Shown here: positions 25,184 through 36,850 of the stretch, one piece after another | Layout of the letters: the number at the start of each line of letters is the position of its first letter | Numbering within the stretch: the stretch's first letter is position 1 | NCBI GenBank assembly: GCA_010909165.1 | Contig: VJWM01000296.1 | Span: forward strand, 1 to 64,000 | Direction: 5' to 3' | Source of the DNA: Anthoceros angustus | Taxonomy: Eukaryota > Plantae > Anthocerotophyta | DNA length: 64,000 nt | Position numbers and translations under genes: made by a program | The notes under the pieces: model-generated | What the model was told of the DNA's origin: nothing | Database searches by the model: none | The model's input: only the letters and a program-made list of their open reading frames with translations

Positions 25184-27688
25184 TCACAGTATACAGTCTT
25201 GATATGGCATATACCCTGCCCTCCTTAGCTCTGACTTGAGCGTCTCCAGGACTTCATACACGCCTGCCTGTTGTTGATGCCTACGGTCCCCGACCAGAAA
25301 AGTGTGGACCTCCTGCTCATGCTCGATCCAGCTCTGCCCAGGTTTCTTCCACGCACAAGCTTTGTCCCTCATTGCTCTCGTTTCATGTGCATGTTCCCAC
25401 ATTCCAGCATCCGTGTAGATATTGGACATTAGAACATACGCTGAAGCTTCTGTTGGCTCCAGGCCTACTGCATGATTGAACGCGTGCCTCCCCACCACCA
25501 CGTTGCCATGCTTTTGGCATGCACCAAGCAAACACAACCACAAGGGCAACTTTGGCTCCATGGGCATCTCCAGAATCAAGTCTTCAGCCTCTTTGAAACG
25601 TCCAGACCGACCAACAAGATCAATCGCACACACATAGTGCTCATGTTTTGCTACGATGCCATATTCTCTTGTCATGCTCTCAAAGTACGCCAATCCTTCA
25701 TCCACCAGACCAGCATGACTGCAGGCAGACAGAAGCGCCATGAATGTAACTCCATCTGGCTTCAGGCCCCTCTGACACATAGCATTGTAAAACTCTATAC
25801 TCTTCTGACAATCACCTTGCCGGGAATAGCCAGCAATCATTGCGGTCCATGAAACCACATCAGGCTGGGGAAGCAAGTCAAACACACGTTGTGCATCTAC
25901 CATGCTCCCACATTTTCCATAGGAATGAATCAGACTAGTTGCTATGGACAGACTGTTCTCAATTCCATCAGCAATCATAGTTTGATGGATTTGCTTGCAG
26001 GTATCCAAGGCTCCAGTGCTGCTGCACGCTTCTAGGACAGAAAGACATGTGGTCTCATCCAACTTTACTTCTGCCACTTGCATTTGCCTATAGGCCTGTA
26101 ACGCTTTTTGTCCCTCGCCTTGTGCGGCATATGCCGCGATCATTGCACTCCACGACACAACATCTCGGTGGGACAACCCATGGAATGCATGACATGCATC
26201 TGTAATACTCCCACACTTGGAGTACATACTAACCAAACTGTTCCCAACAAACACATCCGACTCTAAGCCCATAAGAGCAGCTTCAGCATGTAGTTTCCTC
26301 CCCTTCGCAAGTGACTGCACTTTTACGTATTGTCCATCGACAAGTGCACTTTCCTCTTTCTCTGCCAGGCTGCCACATGCTTGGAAAACGCTTACAAACG
26401 TTCGACTGTTGGGCTTGATGCCTTCTTCTTGCATTTGTGCATAAATCTGCAACCCTTGTTCTCCTTGTGCAAGCTGGGCATAAGCTGCAAGAATCGCATT
26501 CCATGCCACTACGTCGCGCTTGGACAAGCCATCAAAAACCAGCTGTGCATCCACAACGCTCCCACACTTTGCATACATGCTAACCAGGCTGCTACCAACG
26601 TAGGTGTTTGAACCATAGCCTAGTGAAGCAGCTACCGCATGAATCTCCTTCCCTGTTTCCAGGGACTTCGATTTCAAACGTTGCGTCTCACTCTTCTCCA
26701 CCTCTGCGAGAGTGCTACACGCTTGCAGAACACTTGACAAGGTCCAAGCATCTGGCTTAACTCCCTCTTTCTGCATTTGATAAAACATTCGCAGAGCCTT
26801 GTCTGCTCCTTGCTCCTGCTGAGCGTATGCTACAAGCATTGCATTCCATGAGACCACGTCCCGCTTACGCAGGCTGTCAAAAACCTCTTCTGCATCCACG
26901 ATACTGCCACATTTTGCATACATACTAACCAGAGTATTGCGCACAAAGACATCAAACTCGAAGCCATACTTCACAGCATCAGCATGAATTCGCTTGCCCA
27001 TCTCTAGGTCCTCCATCCTACCACACACCTTGAGTAAGCTGACAAAGGTATAGTTGTTGGGCTGGACACCTGATTCCTGCATCTGCTGGTAGCAGACCAG
27101 AGCCTCTCTACATTGCCCAGCATTGCCAAACCCAGAAATGAGAGCCGTCCAGGAAAAAACTGCTGGCTTCGACAACCTTTGAAACACACGAAGACCGTCT
27201 GCCAGGCTTCCGCAGTTGATGAGCGTGGTCACAATGAAGTCGCCCAAAGCCCTGTCTGACTCCAGTCCATGCTTTGCAATATGAGCACAAACCCGCTTCG
27301 CCTCCACGATTGCCTTCCTCTTCATACACGCCTGCAAAAGGCTTCTGTACACTGCCACCGGAGGCACACAACCCCGCTGATCCATGGACAACAAGACATC
27401 CAGCGCCCCATCAATCTTTCCATCCTTGCACAAATTGTCTACTTCACGCACCACGCTCCCTCGCTTAGGACCCATCCGAGCAGGATTCCGGCTGCTGAGC
27501 AAGACAGGCTCTGTACCCCAGTTCTCCCTGCACTCCGGAGGCCTCGGTCCATGCTGCAGGCCCGGTGCCACAGACTGGCTTGAAGTCGAAATTTCCCGGT
27601 AACAGACACATGGTAATGGGCAGATGAGAGTCATTTTGTCTGGCCTCGCCGCATCTAGCCTCCTTGCACTTCTCTTTGAAGAGATCAC
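25184..27688 (-). CDS. PLS-class PPR protein, E+ subgroup (organellar RNA-editing factor type), single exon
   Basis: 834-aa ORF with repeated P-L-S triplets, E1/E2 motifs and PG-box KKPGQSWIE. It ends at GYMP, before the DYW deaminase motifs (no HSE or CxxC). Confidence 0.95.
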   Translation of the reverse strand: MISSKRSARRLDAARPDKMTLICPLPCVCYREISTSSQSVAPGLQHGPRPPECRENWGTEPVLLSSRNPARMGPKRGSVVREVDNLCKDGKIDGALDVLLSMDQRGCVPPVAVYRSLLQACMKRKAIVEAKRVCAHIAKHGLESDRALGDFIVTTLINCGSLADGLRVFQRLSKPAVFSWTALISGFGNAGQCREALVCYQQMQESGVQPNNYTFVSLLKVCGRMEDLEMGKRIHADAVKYGFEFDVFVRNTLVSMYAKCGSIVDAEEVFDSLRKRDVVSWNAMLVAYAQQEQGADKALRMFYQMQKEGVKPDAWTLSSVLQACSTLAEVEKSETQRLKSKSLETGKEIHAVAASLGYGSNTYVGSSLVSMYAKCGSVVDAQLVFDGLSKRDVVAWNAILAAYAQLAQGEQGLQIYAQMQEEGIKPNSRTFVSVFQACGSLAEKEESALVDGQYVKVQSLAKGRKLHAEAALMGLESDVFVGNSLVSMYSKCGSITDACHAFHGLSHRDVVSWSAMIAAYAAQGEGQKALQAYRQMQVAEVKLDETTCLSVLEACSSTGALDTCKQIHQTMIADGIENSLSIATSLIHSYGKCGSMVDAQRVFDLLPQPDVVSWTAMIAGYSRQGDCQKSIEFYNAMCQRGLKPDGVTFMALLSACSHAGLVDEGLAYFESMTREYGIVAKHEHYVCAIDLVGRSGRFKEAEDLILEMPMEPKLPLWLCLLGACQKHGNVVVGRHAFNHAVGLEPTEASAYVLMSNIYTDAGMWEHAHETRAMRDKACAWKKPGQSWIEHEQEVHTFLVGDRRHQQQAGVYEVLETLKSELRRAGYMPYQDCIL

Positions 27689-28420
27689 ACGTATGCAAAC
27701 TTGAAAGGCATAGCCGTATATGACCTTCCACCGTGCTTTCAGCGAACGTGTTACCTACCTGTCCTACTACTCCAAGTCCCCGAACAGCGGAAGAAGGCAC
27801 GAACCACGAATCAGGAATCACAACAGCGCATCCCATATCATGTATCACGATTTTGGAATCGCGAATCATGAACCATGAAACACGTTGGTATTCATATACG
27901 GTATTCATTGCTCAAATGCAGTTCCCTTCACAGACGCTCAAAAATATGGAAGCAAGTGCACCGTTCACTTAGCCTTGCTAATTGATATGCACACGTGGAT
28001 GATGGGCAATGGCAAGCTTCTCAGCTCCAGTATGTCGTGCATACGTTAGCAGGGAAGCTGCTGCGAGAACCATTTTCCACACAACCCAAGTCAATAGCCC
28101 TTGTGCAACCACAGAGACCCCATACAGCCTGCTGAAAAACGTACCCCGGGAACGAACGAGATACTGCTGATGAACGAGCCTCAACCACTTCAATGCAAAA
28201 CTTCCACCACATTGGAGTCAGGATTGGGTGACACCCCCAGGCCATATGACACCAGGACTGTTGCTGTGGTGATCAACATCAACGCATTTCCCGTTTTACT
28301 GTACAGTAGGACTGAGCAAAAGAAGAAAAACAAGCAAACCCTTGATCATGTTTGAGACATCAACGAAATAAGTAGATCGCATACTACTTCGCCATAATCC
28401 TTGTGATCTTCCACAAGTAT

Positions 28421-28486
28421 AGAAGCCTTTCTTGTGGGTAGATGGGGTTCAAACTTCAACCCATCTACCCCACAAGGAAGGCTTCC
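28421..28486. other. Near-perfect 66-nt hairpin (pre-miRNA-like or mini foldback)
   Basis: Left arm AGAAGCCTTTCTTGTGGGTAGATGGGGTT, 8-nt loop, right arm AACCCATCTACCCCACAAGGAAGGCTTCC. About 27 bp of stem with one G-U pair and two single-nt bulges. Confidence 0.8.
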
Positions 28487-28550
28487 ATATTAAAGCTTCT
28501 TATTTTTAACCAAGCGGCCTTTGCAGCAACGGTACTTAGAGTTTCATCAG

Positions 28551-28956
28551 GAGGTTTTTGCAAAGTAACGGCTTGATTAACAAAGAAGAACAATTAAGAG
28601 TCTATATCATGAATAGGTGCAACGAACAATTAAGAGTCTATATCATGAATAGGTGCAACGGTTCAAGATGAAGAGGTGTCATGCAGAAAACCTAACGAGG
28701 TTTTTGCAAAGTAACGGCTTGATTAACAAAGAAGAACAATTAAGAGTCTATGTCATGAATTAAGAGTCTATGTCATGAATAGGTGCAACGGTTCAAGATG
28801 AAGAGGTGTCATGCAGAAAACCTAACGAGGTTTTTGCAAAGTAACGGCTTGATTAACAAAGAAGAACAATTAAGAGTCTATGTCATGAATTAAGAGTCTA
28901 TGTCATGAATAGGTGCAACGGTTCAAGATGAAGAGGTGTCATGCAGAAAACCTAAC
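28551..28956. repeat. Tandem array, 3 units (146, 130, 130 bp) with nested duplications
   Basis: GAGGTTTTTGCAAAGTAACGG starts at 28551, 28697 and 28827. Unit 1 has an internal ~36-bp duplication; units 2-3 have a 20-bp duplication. Confidence 0.95.
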
Positions 28957-28970
28957 GAACTAACGAAAAT

Positions 28971-29176
28971 GTAAAATAATGTACCTCGCTAATGTGCCCT
29001 AACATGCTCAATGCTGAGTGCATCTCTATTTCTACACTCCCACTCGCACCAAAATCATTGGAGTTTGAATATAACGTAAAATAATGCACCTCACTAATGT
29101 GCCCTAACATCTCAATGCTGGGTGCGTCTCTATTTCTATACTCCCACTCGCACAAAAAGCATTGGAGTTTGAATAT
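28971..29176. repeat. Tandem duplication, 2 x ~105 bp
   Basis: GTAAAATAATG...GGAGTTTGAATAT starts at 28971 and again at 29076. Confidence 0.9.
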
Positions 29177-30024
29177 ATTTCCAGAATCTAAGATACGACT
29201 TCACATTCGTGATAGTGGGATTTTCTTTAAGAAAAATAACTTCTCCCACTGATTTGTAAGAGAATTCTTTAGTCTTTAACATTAATGCCAAACTTCACTG
29301 TCTTGATTTCTTGAACTTTTAAACACACACAAACTACGAATCCCTCTAAATGTTTGTAATGTAGATATTTGGGCACAGATTTTGTCAACACATCATAAAC
29401 CTCTGCCCGAAAGGGCCCTGCTGCCTAGGCTTGCGATACCTCTATAGAAAAGAGTAAGTAGGTAGTTAATAGGTCTCACGCAGATGACTTGCCCAATATT
29501 GCGATGATATTAGGTACCCCATGTTACGGTGATCAGAAAGAACGAGAGTCCTCACGCCCGAGGTCTGTGTGTACATACATGAAATACATATTGCTTTTGC
29601 CAAACTCATTACATACTATTTTCGAACTTTAAGGAATGCTAAAATCCTGTAGCTTTTGCAATGGGTCGTGCTTGGGTGCAAAGTCTCCGCAGGAGGACGT
29701 CACATGGTATGCAAGAATGCTAATGGCAATGACGAAGCCACAATCTGACGCATTTGCTCCAATGCGAGGTAGCGTCATCTCAGAGAACTAAAGTCCTGAA
29801 GACCTGAAACTACGAGTAAACCTACAAGTGAAGAATTAGGGGACGGCAAAAACCCACCCGGTTAGAAACTCGTGGCTTCACAGCAGGACAAGCATGTTGC
29901 CATAAATCGATCCCGGCAAGATGTAAATCCATGTGCATCGTTGATCAGCTACCATGTGGAGAAGTCTGAGCAGTCAGAGACAAATTTGTCCATCCAGCTC
30001 CTGCTACAGCTTCAGCTGCCACAA

Positions 30025-30453
30025 TCACGGGGCCTTGTTGCTCTCATAGAAGCTTTTCAAGAAGGGAGACTCGCCGTGATCCGCCACCCCCAATTTGCTG
30101 GGATTAACCGAGCCCTCACGTCCCACCACATACTCGCTGATGAGGTGATGCCGTTGCTTGGCATGATCTAGACAGTACTGCAGCTGCTCCTCGCCCTTGT
30201 AGACTAGCATGTCCAGCACCAAAGGATTGCTCACATTCTGGTGCTTCCGGAATTCCGACGAGATCTTGGAGCGCAGCTCGCCTAAGCCGATAACCTCATC
30301 CAGATTGTAACGCTCCATGATGAAGGGCAGGCTGCGGCACACATCCCTGAAGAAATCCAGCGCGCGGCGCTTGGCCTCCGCCAGCGACTTGGAACTGGCC
30401 GGCGTGGAGGTCCTGCGCGCAGACGACAAAGAGGATCGCACGATGCTCGCCAT
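30025..30453 (-). CDS. NDUFA6: Complex I subunit NDUFA6/B14 (LYR family), single exon
   Basis: SKSLAEAKRRALDFFRDVCRSLP..YNL..LRSKISSEFRKH..LDMLVYKGEEQL..AKQRHHLI matches plant B14. Confidence 0.9.
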   Translation of the reverse strand: MASIVRSSLSSARRTSTPASSKSLAEAKRRALDFFRDVCRSLPFIMERYNLDEVIGLGELRSKISSEFRKHQNVSNPLVLDMLVYKGEEQLQYCLDHAKQRHHLISEYVVGREGSVNPSKLGVADHGESPFLKSFYESNKAP

Positions 30454-30622
30454 CTGCCTGTCTGCGACCTGGCGCGCCCTGCCGGTGAATTGATTCGACC
30501 CTCTTCCCCTTCCCTGCCCTGCTTGTTAACGAGACGATTTGGGGCTTCAGGGACTTATTAGTGCACTAGGGCACCGTGAGGTTTTCTTCACCGAGAAATT
30601 CCCGACGAGAGGCTCGGCCAGC
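30454..30622. promoter_or_regulatory. Putative bidirectional promoter (NDUFA6/PRP3)
   Basis: Only 169 bp between the divergent start codons. Confidence 0.6.
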
Positions 30623-33014
30623 ATGGGAATGAAGAGGAAGCAGGAGCGCGAGGACTCGGGATCCAGGATGGGCACCAAGAGGAAGCAGGAACCGGAGCAG
30701 GAGAAGGAGCAGGATGAGGTCCCTTCCGCCTCCAAGCGGAAGCGAGACGAGGTGGCCGCACCACCCGTGAGCAAGCCTGCCCCTGCGCCTCCGGCTCCGT
30801 CTTTGCAAGATGGGGCGCCGGCAGCGCAACCCGTCGTGCCGTCTCTGGATGCGCTGGCCAAAGCTAAGAGAGCATTGCAGCAGCAGAAGGAGCTGGCAGA
30901 GAAGATTAAGAAACTCAAGGGCTTTCCCAAGGTATCAACCTTTCTGTCTCGGAAGTAGCAACGATGTCGTGTTGCAGTTTCTTCGCTGCTATGGATTTTG
31001 AGCCCTGTGTGAGTATTTCAGCTATTTGGTTGCAGGTGTCCAAGCCTGCAGCGGATAAAACGGAATCCGGTGCGGTGTCCTCAGCTGCTCCGACCACATC
31101 AAATGCCATGGCATCTGGTCACGCTACCCTGCCCCTCCCTGCAAGCTTGGGGGGTGGAGCTTATGTGTCTGGCCTACCTGGCATTGTATCCAATATTGAG
31201 GCTGTCAAACGGGCACAAGACATCGTTAGCCGGATGGGATTCCCGCAGGCTCCAGGAACTATGCCCTTGATGGGATTAATGCCAGGTCAGGGAGATGACA
31301 TGGGATTGGGACTGTCTAAAACTGTGAAGGCTCCAGTCCTCCGCCTCGATGCCCAGGGAAGGGAAGTTGATGAGCGTGGGAATGTGATGGAACGACCAAA
31401 AATTTCTACCATCAGTACTCTCAAGGTAGTGGCTGTTCCTTGCATTCATATCCAATACACAGCAGTTTGGCACCAGCTCAAGCTGGATATGACAGAATCC
31501 ATGTCGTTTGCTTTTTCAGCTGTCATCTGGTGACAAGTAATCATAGTTTTGCAGGGTCAGGGTGACGTATTAGCTCACTCTGGTGCACATTGGCTCTTGC
31601 GAAGGTTAATATCAACAAGCGGAAGAAGGAGGCGTTTCAAATATTGAGGCCAGAATTGGAGGAGGATCCTGTTGACAACCCCTTCTTTGATGCTAGGATG
31701 GGTGTTGACAAGAAGAAGCTCATCCGTTCCAAAAAACCAACCTTTCAATTTGTTGAGGAGGGAAAATGGAGCAAACATGCAGAAATGTTGAGGCTCAGGG
31801 TACGTCTGTGATGATAGTCATGGCTATCTATGTTGGCATATTGGTTGTAGAAAGATTCTTCTGACTTGCCAAAGTTCTTTTTGTGCAGAATCAATTTGGG
31901 GAGGCTAAAGCGAAGGAAATCAAAGCAAAGCAGGCATCCTTGGCTAAAGCAAAGGCTGAAGCTGACGTGAATCCTAACCTCATTGAGTTGACAGAAAGGG
32001 CTCTGGTTAAGGAAGAAAAGAGCAAGGACCCGATTCCTGATGTGGAATGGTGGTACGTGCTGTCCTTCACAACCTCCTTGTGCTTTCCAGATGACCCGCA
32101 TGATTCTTCATTGCAAATATTTTGTTTTGGTGAGAGGCCTTCTCTGGAAATGCAGGGATGCTGTCCTGTTAACAAGTCACAGCTACCCGGATATTGACCG
32201 AGAGTGCAATGTGAGAGATGGGAAGATTACTATCTACGTTGAGCATCCTGTTCCCATTGAGCCACCGGCAGAATTAGCACCTCCACCTCCTCAGCCCTTG
32301 AAGCTTACCAAGAAGGAGCAGAAGAAGCTACGTACACAACGGCGGCTGGCTAAAGAGAAGGACAGGCAGGAGATGATACGTCAAGGGCTGCTTGAACCTC
32401 CGAAGCCAAAAGTAAAGATGAGTAATCTTATGAAGGTTTTAGGGGCTGAGGCAACACAGGATCCAACCAAACTTGAGTATGAAATCCAAAGTGCTGCTGC
32501 TGAGCGTGAGCAAGCACACACAGACAGGAATCTGGCTCGCAAGCTGACTCCTGCTGAGCGGCGGGAGAAGAAAGAGAAGAAGCTTTTCGATGATCCTCAT
32601 ACTTTAGAGACAATTGTCTCTGTTTATCGGGTGAATGACTTGTCTCACCCTCAGACTCGGTTTAAGGTGGATGTCAATGCACAAGAGAATCGGCTGACTG
32701 GATGTGTGGTCATATCGGATTCCATCTCAGTCATTGTTGTTGAGGGGGGGGCGAAGTCGATTAAGAGGTATGGTAAGTTGATGCTGCGGCGCATCAACTG
32801 GGCCACAGCTGTAAAAGAAGTGGAGGAAGGTGATGAGGACGCTCAACCTCGTGAGAACAAATGCGTCTTGGTTTGGCAGGGCAGTGTGGCCAAACCCAGT
32901 TTTGACAAGTTTCTTATTCAGACCTTCCGCTCTGATATTGCTGCAAGGAAGTACCTAGCTGATGCTGGAGTGGGACATTACTGGGACCTCTCATTGAACC
33001 ATATTGAGGAATAA
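30623..33014 (+). CDS. PRP3: U4/U6 snRNP protein Prp3 (RDM16-like), about 5 exons
   Basis: APVLRLDAQGREVDE, VNINKRKKEAFQI, FQFVEEGKWSK, IPDVEWWD, IYVEHPVPIEPP, LTKKEQKKLRTQRR and FKVDVNAQENRLTGC are Prp3 motifs separated by GT-AG introns. Confidence 0.95.
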
Positions 33015-33841
33015 AAGCACAACAGGCTCGCTGGAAGTAAGCGTTTTCTTGGATTGCATGAAGCCCGAACCTTTGGCATAGAATTAAACTAGTAAGTGGA
33101 AGGCATCAATTGTTTAAAACTTGTATGTCCTGTTTGCAGACTGTTGAACTGATGGCTAACATCAACTTGTCTCTGATATGACCAAAGTTTGGAGTTGGGA
33201 CATACCGAGTGGCTGACAAAGTGCTCAGGGCCTTTTCCTATGTCTTCTGTCTGGTGAGTAATAACTTTTCTAATAGATTCAAAGAGACGTTTTCCATTAA
33301 TCACGAACAAATTGTTTCATATTAAATAACAGCTGTTGGCTGTTCCATTGAATGTGTACAAGGGATTCTGCCTTTGGTGTACTACATTTCCTTGGTGTAC
33401 CAGAATGATGAGCATAGTACTTCGGGCGCGGCCCAGCTCTGATGGATGTGGAGGGCGGATTCAAGTTTTGAACTCCTTGCAGCGCACTTGCTAGATTGTT
33501 ATCTCAATAATCAGTTAGACTTTACAGGTATGTCAGGATGTGCCTTAGAAGGATGTTTTGTAACATGTTGATGTGGGCAAATGCCTACAGTGAGGTCGCA
33601 GCCTGCGGCTTACACAGTTTGCCCATGCAATCTACAAATTGCCTACTGAACTATACTAGGAAAAGACCACCGAGTCCAACTCACTGGACGTTCGCCACCA
33701 CGACTCGCACTAACCCTTTATATACATAAAAGGAAAATAGAGCCATGCGAACTACGCACTCAGCCTTTCGTTTTCGCGCTCAAGGAGCTACGACCGACCA
33801 ACGAAATGATCCCTTCAGACACCACACGGCCGTGCACAACA

Positions 33842-34603
33842 TTACCATGTACCTTCCGCTCCAGCTGAGGGATTTGTGAATGCCTTCAAGTCCCAGTTTG
33901 TTTTCAAAGCAAAAGGTTCAGACATGGTAACCTCCTTCTCCGTGATGTTTGCCACCTGAAACTTGTTGATGGATGACCTATCCCGGTAAAGCAGCACAAG
34001 CAGACACTTCTGCAGCAGCTGGACTCCTTCCTCAAGAGTCAAGTCCGGCCGCCACTCCTTGCGAAAAATGGGCCGGGCCAGATGGTTCCCAAAACCAGTG
34101 GCGACATGATCATCCTCATAATGAACGCCAATCATGCTCACCACTCCAAGATGCTTCACTCCGTTCTTCACCCCACCAAGTACCAAGCTATTCCAGAGAG
34201 GATCAAACTTGTTGCGTCTATTGTACATAACCCTGTTCAAGTAATTGTGGACCTCTTTGGGGCCCAAGCTGTTCCCATCATCCCACATCTGATCATCCAG
34301 GACGAGCTCATCCAGTAATTCACAAATCTGCTGAAAATCACTGACCTCCCCGGAGGCCCCAATCAAAACATGTTTCCCAACAGCTTTTAACCGGCTGACG
34401 CTCTTGTATCTCAGAGTGGAGCCGTATGACCCCGCAGTATCCGCCGCGATCAAGACGCCATCCTTGTACTTGATCCCAAGCACAGAAGTTCCTGTGACAT
34501 ATGGAGTCTGCGTGTGCCCCACTGGAGTAGCAGGTGTCAGGCTGAACTTTCCAGGCCCCCCGACCACGGCCTCACCCACATACGGAGCCTGTGCATTAGC
34601 CAT
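33842..34603 (-). CDS. PBG1: 20S proteasome subunit beta type-4 (beta7), single exon
   Basis: TQTPYVTGTSVLGIKYKDGVLIAADT, YNRRNKFDPLWNSLVLGG and ATGFGNHLARP are beta7 motifs. Confidence 0.96.
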   Translation of the reverse strand: MANAQAPYVGEAVVGGPGKFSLTPATPVGHTQTPYVTGTSVLGIKYKDGVLIAADTAGSYGSTLRYKSVSRLKAVGKHVLIGASGEVSDFQQICELLDELVLDDQMWDDGNSLGPKEVHNYLNRVMYNRRNKFDPLWNSLVLGGVKNGVKHLGVVSMIGVHYEDDHVATGFGNHLARPIFRKEWRPDLTLEEGVQLLQKCLLVLLYRDRSSINKFQVANITEKEVTMSEPFALKTNWDLKAFTNPSAGAEGTW

Positions 34604-35366
34604 TGCCCCGTTCCCCTACACACACAGCTCAGATTAGAGGGCCAAACACACAGTCGAAAGCCGCTGCAACTGAGATCAGCAACGAGAACTGAAAACCTAC
34701 AACGCTGATCGGGGGCCCGTCCACCAAGCGCGGGAGAAAATCGACAGCCCACTTCGCACACCGACGGCAAATGAACTGATAAATTAGGGCCAATTTTAGG
34801 GTATGGAGCTTCCATAAAGGTTATCAAGCTCGCATCCAAGATTTGGCTCAGCCAAAAAAAAGGAAACTCCGTCACTTTGCGTGCCTCCTTCAGGCAAGTG
34901 CAAGTTTGAGCCTCACTCTAGACATGTTTCCTTGAATCATGCCTTGCTTGCGTGTCAAGGAAACCCGCAGTTCTGAGAACATGCCTCAACACACCTGCTT
35001 ATCTTCCGTTGATCCGCAGAGCTTTGATACAGCTACAAGCTACAACCGCGCTGGCGTGAATGGCAAATGCGCAGGTGTGTTAATCCTGTTCTAACATGCT
35101 CCTGACGACGTCCATTGTGAGAGGCTTTGTTACCAAGGGTCCACGAGATCTCAGATTCAAGGTCTGAGCTTTTCAGGAATTCTAAGACAGCCGAGTGCTG
35201 AATCCGTTCCTCGCTGGAACTGCTTATGCTTCCCAGACGCAAAGCGGGTGCAGCTTCTTGTGCTAAAGGTGCAGCTTCTGGTAGCGCGCTGTGGGCTTCA
35301 GCTGCCGGACTCGCATCTGTGCTCTTGGGTGGGGAAAATCGCGGAGGGATCTTCAGGCGGAAGAGC

Positions 35367-36129
35367 ATGACGGACAAGAGCACTCTGCACAGGCTGGGAA
35401 CGAGGCAGGATGCCTTGGTCGTGGGGGATCTTTACGTGAAGACGGTGCCTCCACCTGATTCGAATAAGAACACCTCTTGGTTTCTGTACCCCGGCGTGTG
35501 GAGCATATACATCATAATCATCTTCGTGACCTGGCTCACCATTTTCTCAGTGTTCAGTGTGGAGGCAGGCTCTGCCTGGAGCATTGTTAACCTCATCCAT
35601 GCTGCTGTGAGTGACCCTCCAGGGCTTGCTGCCCTAGTGACATTTCTGCATGCAGCTGCCCTGCCCTAGCTGAGCCTTGCGTTGCCTTACCCTGTGTGAC
35701 GTGATGATCAGGTGACATACCGATGTTTCCACTGGAAGAAGGGCACACCCTTTGCAGAAGACCAGGGGGAGTATAGCATGCTCACGTGGTGGGAGCAAGT
35801 GGATAATGGGAGGCAGTTAACTCGCAACAGGAAGTTTCTGACTGTAGTACCTGTTGTTCTGTAAGTGCCCCTCGTTGTATGTTGTTTGCAGGGACTCAGC
35901 GTTAGCTTGAACGAATTTCTGAGAGCTCGTTATGGTACCTGATCTCGTGCCTGACCTTCCCTGCCCTCTTACCCTCCTGTGTAGGTACTTGATTGCATGT
36001 CATACCACAGACTACAGGATGCCTTGGCTCATCCCGAACACCATTGCAGTATTTGTGATGGAGGTGGCAAAGGTTCCCAACATGCACCGAGTCCGGATTT
36101 TTGGAATAAATTCGGATTCCCCGACATAA
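35367..36129 (+). CDS. ORM: ORM1/ORMDL sphingolipid-synthesis regulator, 3 exons
   Basis: DSNKNTSWFLYPGVW, |VTYRCFHWKKGTPFAEDQG..LTWWEQVDNGRQLTRNRKFLTVVPVVL|YLIACHTTDY..AKVPNMHRVRIFGIN. Confidence 0.93.
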
Positions 36130-36559
36130 TGTGCAACAGAGCGCAGGTGTTTGCGGCACCGTTTTGGGTGGTGGTATCTTAGTATATGACTGCAAAAAAT
36201 GTTCATGCCTTAGCCAGATTCATGGTTTTAATTTACACAGATGCGCTTTCTTCTGTCCTGCTCAGCAAGAGGCCATTAGGTTGGTGTCAAGTGTTTTTTT
36301 CTTGCTCACAACGAGCAAGCCCTGGACACACTCCATCCCAAGCTGCAGCTGATTTCCAAGGTGAATGACTAGTGGCAGGTTTCAGATCGAAGTCATCAAT
36401 TCGAGTAGTACTCTCTTCCTTCCTTTTCAAGACTGTGAAAGAAGTCGGAGGAAAAAATGTGTGCCTCATTTCTCAAGGTTTGTGTTTTGGCAGGAATCCT
36501 AAAATTGCCGATCGATGTGGATACTTTCGTTCCTTTGGTACTACACAAGCTCGCCTTGC

Positions 36560-36782
36560 CTACGATTTGTCTGCGTTCGTGTAAGGAACATGACTAGCAC
36601 CCTCCGCAGCTTCCTGTAACTCCCTCTAGGTCCCGCAACTGGTGCTGACAAATTGGTCCCGCAACTGGTGCTGACGCATAAGTACCTAGTTCGTTCTCTA
36701 CGATTGGTCCGCGTTTGTGTAAGGGAAGCATGACAGGCACCCTGCGCAGCCTCCTGTAGTTCCCCCCGCAGCTGGTGCTAAA
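36560..36782. repeat. Diverged ~138-bp tandem duplication with a nested 26-bp duplication
   Basis: CTACGATT..GTGTAAGG..GCACCCT..GCAGC..CTGTA..CGCA.CTGGTGCT starts at 36560 and 36698. GGTCCCGCAACTGGTGCTGAC occurs twice in unit 1. Confidence 0.8.
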
Positions 36783-36850
36783 TTCATTTCTAGCTGGAAG
36801 TACCGATGCTTACCAGACGCAAAGTGAGTGCATAAAACGATATCTCCTAA

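Noticed and set aside
27980-28250. RMHDIL in a broken minus-strand frame, resembling the NB-ARC MHD motif
   Set aside because: Isolated short match with no P-loop, kinase-2 or GLPL motifs nearby.
28466-28487. 3' end AAGGCTTCCA resembles the end of miR477
   Set aside because: Only about 10 nt match and the seed region differs.
29400-29800. GCCC-GAAA-GGGC tetraloop and C/D-box-like words, considered as a ribozyme or snoRNA
   Set aside because: No hammerhead core, and the box spacing and antisense elements are unconvincing.
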